A program made the position numbers and the translations under genes. A stretch of DNA of 64,000 bases, from assembly GCA_037379345.1 (NCBI GenBank), contig CM074516.1, positions 1,612,001 to 1,676,000 of the forward strand, read 5' to 3'. Below, in pieces: positions 24,001-36,000 of the stretch. The DNA comes from Perna viridis (lineage: Eukaryota). The first letter of the stretch is position 1; every line of letters starts with the position of its first letter. Under the pieces are notes generated by a model. The model was not told the origin of the DNA. It made no database searches and saw only the letters and a program-made list of their open reading frames with translations.

Positions 24001-27000
24001 TTAAAGAATGTTGACAGATAGCTTTTCATCTGATGTGGATACACCTGTACATCAATTTTGTTTGTTGTTTTCAGATTTTGCCAGAGCTGGTCGAGCCTAG
24101 GGGCAACATATTTCCTTAATGCAGGGATTATAACTGTGTGTAAACCAATGCCTACAAGAAGCCATCTTTTGTTGTTGTCCGTTAAGTCACACAGATCACC
24201 TGTAAAAAGACCATAGTACATGTACATGTATTATTTCATTTTAAAATTCTAATACAGTCTGGTTTACTTCTGAAACAACAAGAGGCTCCCAGTAGCCTGA
24301 ATCGCTCACCTTGTAAAAGTTGGTCTTTCAAGGGAAATAATTTAACAAAACGCTGTCCAACAATTTTAACTGAAGAAGACTTTGGTAGGACTATCACAAG
24401 GATCAGTTCAACTATAGAAAGTTTCTATCTAATATAGTTTTCAACATATTGGCTGAAAAATGTAAAAAAAAAAACCCTGTCATTTTTCATCAAGGACAAT
24501 AACTCTTACAAGGAGTCACCTGACAACTTTGATCCCTGAAGACTTTTGAAGGCCTTATAATAAGGGTCATTTCACCTATAGTTATAATTTGGCTAAACCT
24601 AACAGTTTTGGAGATGCAAAAAACTACTGTCTAACCCCTATGTTCTATTTTTAGTAATGGCAGCCATGTTTTTTAACGGATAAAAATCCCAACATCAGTT
24701 CTAATGAACATTCATACCAAGCTTGGTTCCAATTGGTCAAGTAGTGTCAGAAGAGAAGATTTTTGAAAGAAATAATATTAAAAATTGCAAAAAAACATTG
24801 AAAAAAGAGCAATAACTCCAACATGGCTTAACAGATTAAAATGAAAATTTGACCACAGATAGATCTCATCACGCTGAACACTTTTATCAAGTCCGGATTT
24901 GGCTAAACTTAACGATTTTGGAGACATATGCAAAAAAACTACTGTCTGACCCCTATGTTCTATTTTTAGTAACGGCGGCCATGTTTTTCAAATGGATTAA
25001 AAATTCCCATATCAGTTCTATGCACAATACCCCAAGGAATATTCATACCAAGTGTGGTTCCAATTGGTTAATTAGTGTCAGAGGAGAAGAAAAATTGTCA
25101 ACAATGACAGACAACAAGTGATGGTTATAGCTCACATGGCCTTTGGCTAGGTGAGCTAAAAACCGAACTGGAGAATAAATACAGAGCCTGATATTGCTCA
25201 ACTGGCCAAAAATTGCCAAGATTTTTCTAGTGATACAGATTTTGAAATTTTGTGCATGAACCAATTTTTGTTTCTTCTATCACAATGAAAATGTCACAGA
25301 CCCAATACAAAATAAAAAGCTTTGTGGAGCGCAGCAAGATACCCTCACAGAGGTCATACCATGAACAGATGGGCAAATATGGACACAAAATTTAAGCTTG
25401 ATACAGCTCTGAATTTTGATTGTGATCAAACATTTGACTCAATTAATATTTTACCCAAAATGGAAGCAGTCAAAACGCTTAAATACCTAAGAGTTTTAAA
25501 CGTAAACATGAACAGATAAACAGACGAACAGACAAATTACTTTCTATAGATCCTAGAATTTTGTATCAGTAGGGTGTTAAAAAATCCAAAAGCCCGGATC
25601 AAAAGAAATAAATAATTCACAATGTCATGGCATTTGGTGGAGGTATATTTGAGTTAATGTTAAAAGAAGAAAAATTACACTACATTTGTTGTATAAAATG
25701 ATTCCCCCTTTTTAATGAATTAAGTACCGTAACTCATAAAAAAATCATAAAAATGATATTATCTTCCTGTTGTGTTCATTCATTATGTTAACATTGTTCA
25801 TAATTGTATATATGTTTATTTTGTACTACTATACTCCATGTGGAGCCTCTTAGTGAAATAAAAAAGTTTCAAAGTTTCAAAAAAGTTTTAAAGAAAAATC
25901 AGAAATTTATAAGAATTGTCATCAATCATAACAAACAACAATTCAATCAAGTTTTATGAAAATAGGTCCAACCACAACTGAGTTGTAGTCTAAAAATTGT
26001 AAAACTCACGCCATTTTTATAATGAAGTCCCATAACTCTAAATAACAAAATCACAAATTTAAAAAAATTTTAAAAATTGAAAGGGAAATTTCATGACAAA
26101 TATTTTATGCAAATTACTCATTGACCTATACTGTAATTTCAAACCTTTGAATATAAAACAGAAGAAATACATTCTTACACTCCTAATCTATTGAAGATCT
26201 TATATGAGAAATTCTTCTTTTTTTTCTCATTCCATTGCGCTCCACTCATCAGAAGACAGAATTTCTCACATTTGTGGAAAATTTTCTCAGATATAAAATA
26301 GAGACTGGTATAAGGACCTATTAGTCTTTGTCAGCCCAGTATAGACTATCTCTATATTAGAGACTCGTATAAGGACCTATTAGTCTTTGTCAGCCCAGTA
26401 AAGACTATCTCTATATCAGAGACTGGTATAAGGAACTATTAGTCTTTGTCAGCCCAGTAAAGACTATCTCTATATTAGAGACTCATATAAGGACCTATTA
26501 GTCTTTGTCAGCCCAGTAAAGACTATCTCTATATCAGAGACTGGTATAAGGAACTATTAGTCTTTGTCAACCCAGTAGAGACTATCTCTATATTTGTGTA
26601 TTAATATAGTGTTTGTATGGTTTTATCTTTATATAACATAAAATCTGCCTAAATGGTTAAACACTAAATCTTCCTCATACCTTTCAAACGTTTCTGGACT
26701 CTATCTTTTTGTTCGTCTGAAAAAAGAAATTGACAACATATTAATACTAGAAAAACAGAAACATCAAAAATAAAGAATAAGGGGACTTAAGATGGACCTG
26801 ACTGCATAAGGAATATTCCTTTCCATCCTATAAAACAGATCTCAGTATGAAATACATTTTCAGCTTAACATCAATGTAAATCAAATGTTTTTGCCATTTA
26901 TGATTAGAATTGGGGGGGGGGGCTATTTGCAATTATAACCTTATGAACATTTGTGTCATGATAGGCTCATCCCCCCCCCCACCCCACCCCAAAAAGAAGT

Positions 27001-30000
27001 ACTTACAAATATAAATTATATATCAAATGTTATGGCCAAGTTTACTCTTATAATTCAGGGATTTTGTACCATGTTAGACTTATTATGAATGAGATGTTTT
27101 AGTAGCAACACAGTGATTTTTGTTCTTATTATGGTACAGTTTAACTTGTGAAAATAAAAGCTTTACCCAGTGCAGCATGATATGACTGCAAACAGTTAAA
27201 CTCTATTCATTTCAGGCAGGTTCGGATACAATATCAGTTTTTGACACACTTAAACATGGAGCCTTACAAGTCATTTTGGACACAACAACTGATTTGGGTA
27301 CAATGTTGCACAACATTTAGTAATTCAATTTAAGTACAAATTTCTTTTTTCGGGTGCATTTATGGATCAATTTGTTCCTCATTATCTCAAAAACAGTAAA
27401 TGATCGAGTACATTTGCTAAGCATACTTCTTATGGCTCTTATACTTAGGTGGGGACTTTCATAAGGAACAAGAGGCTCCCAGAAACTTGAATCTCTCTCC
27501 TGATTAAATTGTTGTCTTTCAAGGGCATTAACTCTAACAAAGAGTTGTCCAACAATTTGGATTCAGAAAACTTTGGTAGGACTAATCATAAAGATCATTT
27601 CAGCAATTACAAGAATTTTTCTATCTATTATAGTTTTCAAGATATTGGCTGAAAAGTGCTAAAACACCATTTTTCGCCTTTCACTGGCAATAATTCTAAC
27701 AAGGATTTCTCTGACAGCTTTGATTCCACACAAACTTTTGTAGGCCTAATATTATAAGGATCATTTAGGCAATTGAAAGAACTTTGCTAAACCTAACGGT
27801 ACTAGAGATATCTGAGAAAAACTTCTGACTGCTACTTTTGTTCTATTTTTAGTAAGAGACCATGTTTTTCAATGGACCAATTTTCCCAACATCAGATCTC
27901 ATCATGGTGAACACTTTCAGTCCCTCTCAGAATTTGGTTAAACCTAACAGTTTTGGAGATATATGCAAAAAACTGCTGTCTGACCCCTACGTTCTATTTT
28001 TAGTAACAGTGGCCATGTTTTTTTTTCACGATCAAAAATCCAAATATTCATTTTATGCAGGATACCATAATAAACAAAAAACTAACTTTCATTGAAGTAT
28101 GTATAGTAATTTCTGAGAAGATTTTTGTAAGTACATGTAATAACATCAAAAACAGCAAAAAAAGTACAAAAAGGGCATTAACTCCAATAACTTTAATGGA
28201 CCCCAAATGATAGCAATAGCTCATATGGTCTACCGCCGGGTGGGCTAAAAACTGCTGTCTGACCCCTATGTTCTATTTTTAGTAACAGTGGCCCTGTTTG
28301 TTTACCGATCTCAAACCCAAATGGTCATTTTGTACAAGGATACCCTAAAAAACAGTAATACATGTTCCAACTTTCATAGAATTTCTGAAGAGAAGATTTT
28401 TGAAAGTAATTTTTTTGCAGGATACCCCAAGGAACATTAAATACCCAGTTTGGTTTCAATTGGTCAAGTAGTGTCAGAGGAGAAGATTTATTATAGAAAT
28501 AACATTAAAAATAGCAAAAAATCATTGAAAAAAGGCAGTAACTCCAACATGTTTCAACAGATTAAAACCAAAATTTGACCGCAGGTAGATCTCATCATGC
28601 TGAACACTTTTACCTAGTCAGAATTTAGCTTGAAAAAATTTAAGATGGCTGACATAGTGGTCACATAAGTATCAGCTCTCAGATTTTTTGGCAATTTGGA
28701 AATGTTTAAAAACAGGAATGATATTAAAATTTATATGAGGATGTGTATAATTTTTTTCTCTTTTATGTGATGCTTGTGGAATTGAAATATCAGATGGAAT
28801 AATAAAATCTGCACTAATTAATGATAAAATTTGGATGGACAGTGAGTAAAAATCAGAACTAGATCTTATTTTGCAAGTGCCTACAGGAATATTTACTTTA
28901 AAAGTACTACAGCTATTGTTCACAAGACTTACTTTAAGATGCCTTCAGGAAGTAGTAGTAGAAATTCATCCAATAATGAAAAAGACAAATCTGGCAAGAA
29001 ATCAGAAAAGAAAACTTTTCAGACCTTATTGGCAGTGTAAGGACAAAGAATCAGCTGACAAAAACCCTAAAGGAACTCATTAAGATATTTCTATGGACAG
29101 TAGTTCTGATCTGATAGTAGAATTCAGTAATTTTCAAAAGGACTTACAATCCATCAAGAATAGCCTGAAGGATGTAGTAAAAAAAACAGACCTTGAACAG
29201 TCCTTAGGCAAAATTGTAAAGAAAGGGGATTTAGAAACAGTTGTTACCTCTATTGTCACCAAATTGATCAATCAAGCCAAAAATGATAGTGATGGAAAGT
29301 TAAGAGAAAAGACAAACAAACAAACAAAAGCTATTGAGGAACTTACCGCTGAAAATGAAAAGCTGAGAGAGGCAATTGCTGAACAAAATAAAACTATTAG
29401 GGAACTTAAAATGGAAGTTGCTAGTAACAAAACTGCAGTAACAGATGCACTTCAGATAGCTAACTACAATCAGCAATATTGCAGGAAATTTAATATCAAA
29501 GTGATGAACTTTCCAGAAAGTCCAACAGAAAACACCAAGGACTTGTTTATCAATGAGACTCAAAATCACAGTGAAATCTGAAGATATCCAAGCTATCCAT
29601 AGAATACCTGGTCAAAACAAACAACACAGACCAATTCTTGTGAAACTCAGGAACTCTGAAGTAAAGTACAATATAATGAAAGAAAAAAAGAACCTCCCAT
29701 TGGAAAAGACATTCAACTTAGCTGATGATGTTACAAAGCACAATATGGATTTGATTTCCAAACTTAGAGATGACAAAGATGTGGACAGTGCTTGGTACTT
29801 TAATTGTGCAGTTTATGCAATGATTAAGTCATCAGGAAAACAAATGAAATTTGATATCTGTGATGACATTCGTAAGAAATTAAATACATATTATGGGTAA
29901 TTTGCTTACTAGTTTCCCTACTTCCTTTGGAAGTATTTATTGACATATATTATCATTTATTCAGTCAGGACATGGAACAAGTGTGTTGTTACTTGTGTGT

Positions 30001-33000
30001 AATAAAATACGTTAATTTATTTTAACTATATACTTATTTTGTTTGTTTGTTTACACATTCATTCTTCTTTTTGTATTTATTCATTCATTCATCATTTTGA
30101 TTATCAATACATGTAAGTGAAGGTTTGATGTGTTCATACTTGAACAGAGGGGTTCATTATTTTTTTTTTAAATTGCAGACACTGTGAGCAATGTTAATTA
30201 CTGATATTTTCACCTTGTTTTGGATTGCTGTTAGGCTTGATGAGCTGTAGCACAGATCCTAGGCCTCTGTTGTTACAGCTCCTCAAATCTATCAATCTCT
30301 TCAAGCTTACAGTATATGGGCATACAGTCAAATGTATGGATGAATGATACATTAATTTTGCATTTTATTTGTGATAATAACACATCCTTTCTAGGTGTAC
30401 ATTGCATGTAAAATAATATGATATGATGTTCATGCCAATCAGTATGCACAAAAAATTTGAATGTACAACATAATCAGTTGAATTTTGAATTTCAGAATTG
30501 ATAAAATATTATGATTTTTGATTAATCTCCCTCTTTACTAGAGGTTTTTGTACAAGCTATGGTTGTTCTATCCATAAGTAGTCACACACACAAGAAGGAT
30601 ACAAGTATATTAAATTAATATGATATCTTCTTGAGTACATTTCTTGCTACTTATTTTCCTATGTTGTTGACTACATAACACATATTGATTAATTTCCAAT
30701 TACTTGAGTACTCAGTTGCTCAACTCTTACAAGTTACAGCATATTTATGTACATGTTTTCTAAAAACAAATGAATTCATTCTCTTATTGAAATATTTGCC
30801 ATCAATCTGAACTAATTTTTAGAAACTTCTACAAACAAAATGTCCTATCTTGAGTGTGTGAGTTTAAGAGAATCTGTTTTTCTTAATTTTTTTGGATACT
30901 TTTTGTTAAATTCACTGTCTTGTGTAAAAGGTTATCAAATTTCATTTGTAGTAATGAGTAGTTGTGTAGAAAAATTATCAATGAATGTAAGAGGCCTACA
31001 ATCAAATATTAAGAAAAGAGTAGACATTTTTAATTGGGTAAAAAAAAATGCATCCATTATTTGTTTACAAGAAACCCATAGCACTGAGGTGGTAGAAAAG
31101 AAGTAGGAAGATGAGTGGGGTCATAAGTGCTATTTCAGTCATGGTGATAGTAAGGGTGCCGATGTATGTAATTTGTTCAAGCCAGGTCTTCAATATGACG
31201 TCCATAATTCAATCATTGATCAACATGGTAGATATATCATACTAGATATAACTACCTTTGAGCACAGATTTACTTTTGTATGTTTGTATGGTTATAATTT
31301 AGATAGACCTGACTTTTTTGATGAAGTTCTGTTTCATGCTGTTAAATTCAGCAATACAAGCTATATATTCCGTGGAGACTGGAATGTAATGCAGGACAGG
31401 TATGATGATACCTGTGATGTACTGCATGACAGGAACCCAAAAGCTAGAGACAAGATAGAGGAAATAAAAAGCTCCTTAGGAATGCTAGACCCATAGAGAA
31501 CATGTTATCCTGATGAAAAAAGGTTTACATGGCATCAGTCTAGTCCTTAAAAACAGAGCAGAATAGATTATTTTCTTGTTTCTGTGGATATTTTTTGTTT
31601 GCTAAAATCAGCAAAAATTGAGGCTGGATACAGAATTGATCATTCTGCAATCACTTTTTCATTCACAGCATCCTTTTCCTGCTGAGAGATAAAGATTATT
31701 GTCATCTTATCAAGCAATGCATCAGAGACTTGATTGATGAGTACTATGCTGGTGGTGACAAATCTGATCTATTACAAGTGGAGTAATCCTGTAGTGATCA
31801 ATTATTCTTTGAAGTATTAAAAATGAAGATCAGAAGTGAGACCATCAGTTATGGTATTAAAAATCAAAACAATTTAGTAGATTAGAGACAGAAATGGAGC
31901 AATTAGAAAAAGATGTAAACAAAAATTCTTCAGAAAACTTATCATTGTCTTTGAATAAGAAAAAACTTGAGTTAGAAATTCAAAGACAAAATCTTGTTGA
32001 AGGCATTGTTCTCCGTTCTCATGCAAATTGGCATGAGAGTGGAGAGAGATGCACAGAATATTTTTGTAAGTTAGAAAAAAGGGCATCTATGAACAAAATT
32101 ATGACTGAGACAATTAGTGATGATGGTATATGTGTGTCAGATCAAAAGAAAATATCTGAACTGACACAATTTTACCAAAAAATATTTAAATCTTCCCACA
32201 AACCCATAGAAAACTTAGATTTTTTTAAGCATGTCAATCAGATGAATGAAGAACAAAAAAATTCATGTGAAGGTAATCTGACATTTGATGAGTGTAGTAA
32301 AGTGTTGAGCAGGATGCAAAATGGAAAAAGTCCTGGCTCTGATGACCGAATTTCTCACATTTGTGGAAAATTTTCTCAGATATAAAATAGAGACTGGTAT
32401 AAGGACCTATTAGTCTTTGTCAGCCCAGTATAGACTATCTCTATATTAGAGACTCGTATAAGGACCTATTAGTCTTTGTCAGCCCAGTAAACACAATCTC
32501 TATAATAGAAACTGGTATAAGGACGTATTAGTCTTTGTCAGCCCAGTAAAGACTATCTCTATAATAGAGACTCGTATAAGGACCTATTAGTCTTTGTCAG
32601 CCCAGTAAAGACTATCTCTATATCAGAGACTGGTATAAGGAACTATTAGTCTTTGTCAACCCAGTAGAGACTATCTCTATATTTGTGTATTAATATAGTG
32701 TTTGTATGGTTTTATCTTTATATAACATAAAATCTGCCTAAATGGTTAAACACTAAATCTTCCTCATACCTTTCAAACGTTTCTGGACTCTATCTTTTTG
32801 TTCGTCTGAAAAAAGAAATTGACAACATATTAATACTAGAAAAACAGGAACATCAAAAATAAAGAATAAGGGGACTTAAGATGGACCTGACTGCATAAGG
32901 AATATTCCTTTCCATCCTATAAAACAGATCTCAGTATGAAATACATTTTCAGCCTAACAACAATGTTAAGCAAACGTTTTTGCCATTTATGATTAGAATT

Positions 33001-36000
33001 AAGGGGGGGGGGGGCTATTTGCAATTATAACCTTATTAAAATTTGTGTAATGTTTGGCTCATCCCCCCCCCCCAAAAAGAAGTACTTACAAATATAAATT
33101 ATATATCAAATGTTATGGCCAAGTTTACCCTTATAATACAGGGATTTTGTACCATGTTAAGACTTATTATGAATGAGATGTTTTAGTAGCAACACAGTGA
33201 TTTTTGTTCTTATTATGGTACAGTTTAACTTGTGAAAATAAAAGCTTTACCCAGTGCAGCATGATATGACTGCAAACAGTTAAACTCTATTCATTTCAGG
33301 CAGGTTCGGATACAATATCAGTTTTTGACACACTTAAACATGGAGCCTTACAAGTCATTTTGGACACAACAACTGATTTGGGTACAATGTTGCACAACAT
33401 TTAGTAATTCAATTTAAGTACAAATTTCTTTTTTCGGGTGCATTTATGGATCAATTTGTTCCTCATTATCTCAAAAACAGTAAATGATCGAGTACATTTG
33501 CTAAGCATACTTCTTATGGCTCTTATACTTAGGTGGGGACTTTCATAAGGAACAAGAGGCTCCCAGAAACTTGAATCTCTCTCCTGATTAAATTGTTGTC
33601 TTTCAAGGGCATTAACTCTAACAAAGAGTTGTCCAACAATTTGGATTCAGAAAACTTCGGTAGGACTAATCATAAAGATCATTTCAGCAATTACAAGATT
33701 TTTTCTATCTATTATAGTTTTCAAGATATTGGCTGAAAAGTGCTAAAACATCATTTTTCGCCTTTCACTGGCAATAATTCTAACAAGGATTTCTCTGACA
33801 GCTTTGATTCCACACAAACTTTTGTAGGCCTAATATTATAAGGATCATTTAGGCAATTGAAAGAACTTTGCTAAACCTAACGGTACTAGAGATATCAGAA
33901 AAACTTCTGACTGCTACTTTTGTTCTATTTTTAGTAAGAGACCATGTTTTTCAACGGACCAATTTTCCCAACATCAGATCTCATCATGGTGAACACTTTC
34001 AGCCCCTCCCAGAATTTGGTTAAACCTAACAGTTTTGGAGATATATGCAAAAAACTGCTGTCTGACCCCTACGTTCTATTTTTAGTAACAGTGGCCATGT
34101 TTTTTTTTCACGATCAAAAATCCAAATATTCATTTTATGCAGGATACCATAATAAACAAAAAACTAACTTTCATTGAAGTATGTATAGTAATTTCTGAGA
34201 AGATTTTTGTAAGTACATGTAATAACATCAAAAACAGCAAAAAAAGTACAAAAAGGGCATTAACTCCAATAACTTTAATGGATGCCAAATGATAGCAATA
34301 GCTCATATGGTCTACGGCCGGGTGGGCTAAAAACTGCTGTCTGACCCCTATGTTCTATTTTTAGTAACAGTGGCCCTGTTTGTTTACCGATCTCAAACCC
34401 AAACGGTCATTTTGTACAAGGATACCCTAAAAAAACAGTAATACATGTTCCAACTTTCATAGAATTTCTGAAGAGAAGATTTTTGAAAGTAATTTTTTTG
34501 CAGGATACCCCAAGGAACATAAAATACCCAGTTTGGTTTCAATTGGTCAAGTAGTGTCAGAGGAGAAGATTTATTATAGAAATAACATTAAAAATAGCAA
34601 AAAATCACTGAAAAAAGGCAGTAACTCCAACATGTTTCAACAGATTAAAACCAAAATTTGACCGCAGGTAGATCTCATCATGCTGAACACTTTTACCTAG
34701 TCAGAATTTAGCTTGAAAAAATTTAAGATGGCTGACATAGTGGTCACATAAGTATCAGCTCTCAGACTTTTTGGCAATTTGGAAATGTTTAAAAACAGGA
34801 ATGATATTAAAATTTATATGAGGATGTGTATAAATTTTTTCTCTTTTATGTGATGCTTGTGGAATTGAAATATCAGTTGGAATAATAAAATCTGCACTAA
34901 TTAATGATAAAATTTGGATGGACAGTGAGTAAAAATCAGAACTAGATCTTATTTTGCAAGTGCCTACAGGAATATTTACTTTAAAAGTACTACAGCTATT
35001 GTTCACAAGACTTACTTTAAGATGCCTTCAGGAAGTAGTAGTAGAAATTCATCCAATAATGAAAAAGACAAATCTGGCAAGAGATCAGAAAAGAAAACTT
35101 TTCAGACCTTATTGGCAGTGTAAGGACAAAGAATCAGCTGACAAAAACCCTAAAGGAACTCATTAAGATATTTCTATGGACAGTAGTTCTGATCTGATAG
35201 TAGAATTCAGTAATTTTCAAAAGGACTTACAATCCATCAAGAATAGCCTGAAGGATGTAGTAAAAAAAACAGACCTTGAACAGTCCTTAGGCAAAATTGT
35301 AAAGAAAGGGGATTTAGAAACAGTTGTTACCTCTATTGTCACCGAATTGATCAATCAAGCCAAAAATGATAGTGATGGAAAGTTAAGAGAAAAGACAAAC
35401 AAACAAACAAAAGCTATTGAGGAACTTACCGCTGAAAATGAAAAGCTGAGAGAGGCAATTGCTGAACAAAATAAAACTATTAGGGAACTTAAAATGGAAG
35501 TTGCTAGTAACAAAACTGCAGTAACAGATGCACTTCAGATAGCTAACTACAATCAGCAATATTGCAGGAAATTTAATATCAAAGTGATGAACTTTCCAGA
35601 AAGTCCAACAGAAAACACCAAGGACTTGTTTATCAATGAGACTCAAAATCACAGTGAAATCTGAAGATATCCAAGCTATCCATAGAATACCTGGTCAAAA
35701 CAAACAACACAGACCAATTCTTGTGAAACTCAGGAACTCTGAAGTAAAGTACAACATAATGAAAGAAAAAAAGAACCTCCCATTGGAAAAGACATTCAAC
35801 TTAGCTGATGATGTTACAAAGCACAATATGGATTTGATTTCCAAACTTAGAGATGACAAAGATGTGGACAGTGCTTGGTACTTTAATTGTGCAGTTTATG
35901 CAATGATTAAGTCATCAGGAAAACAAATGAAATTTGATATCTGTGATGACATTCGTAAGAAATTAAATACATATTATGGGTAATTTGCTTACTAGTTTCC

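Larger units (their letters stand above)
26259..32347. repeat. ~6.08-kb segmental tandem repeat, copy 1 (6089 bp)
   Basis: The anchor gaatttctcacatttgtgg occurs at 26259, 32348, 38431 and 44511, and the same ORF set recurs in each copy. Confidence 0.97.

Noticed and set aside
33001-33075. Cluster of variants private to copy 2 between a G run and a C run
   Set aside because: It lies between homopolymers that can fold back, so a sequencing or consensus error is likely.
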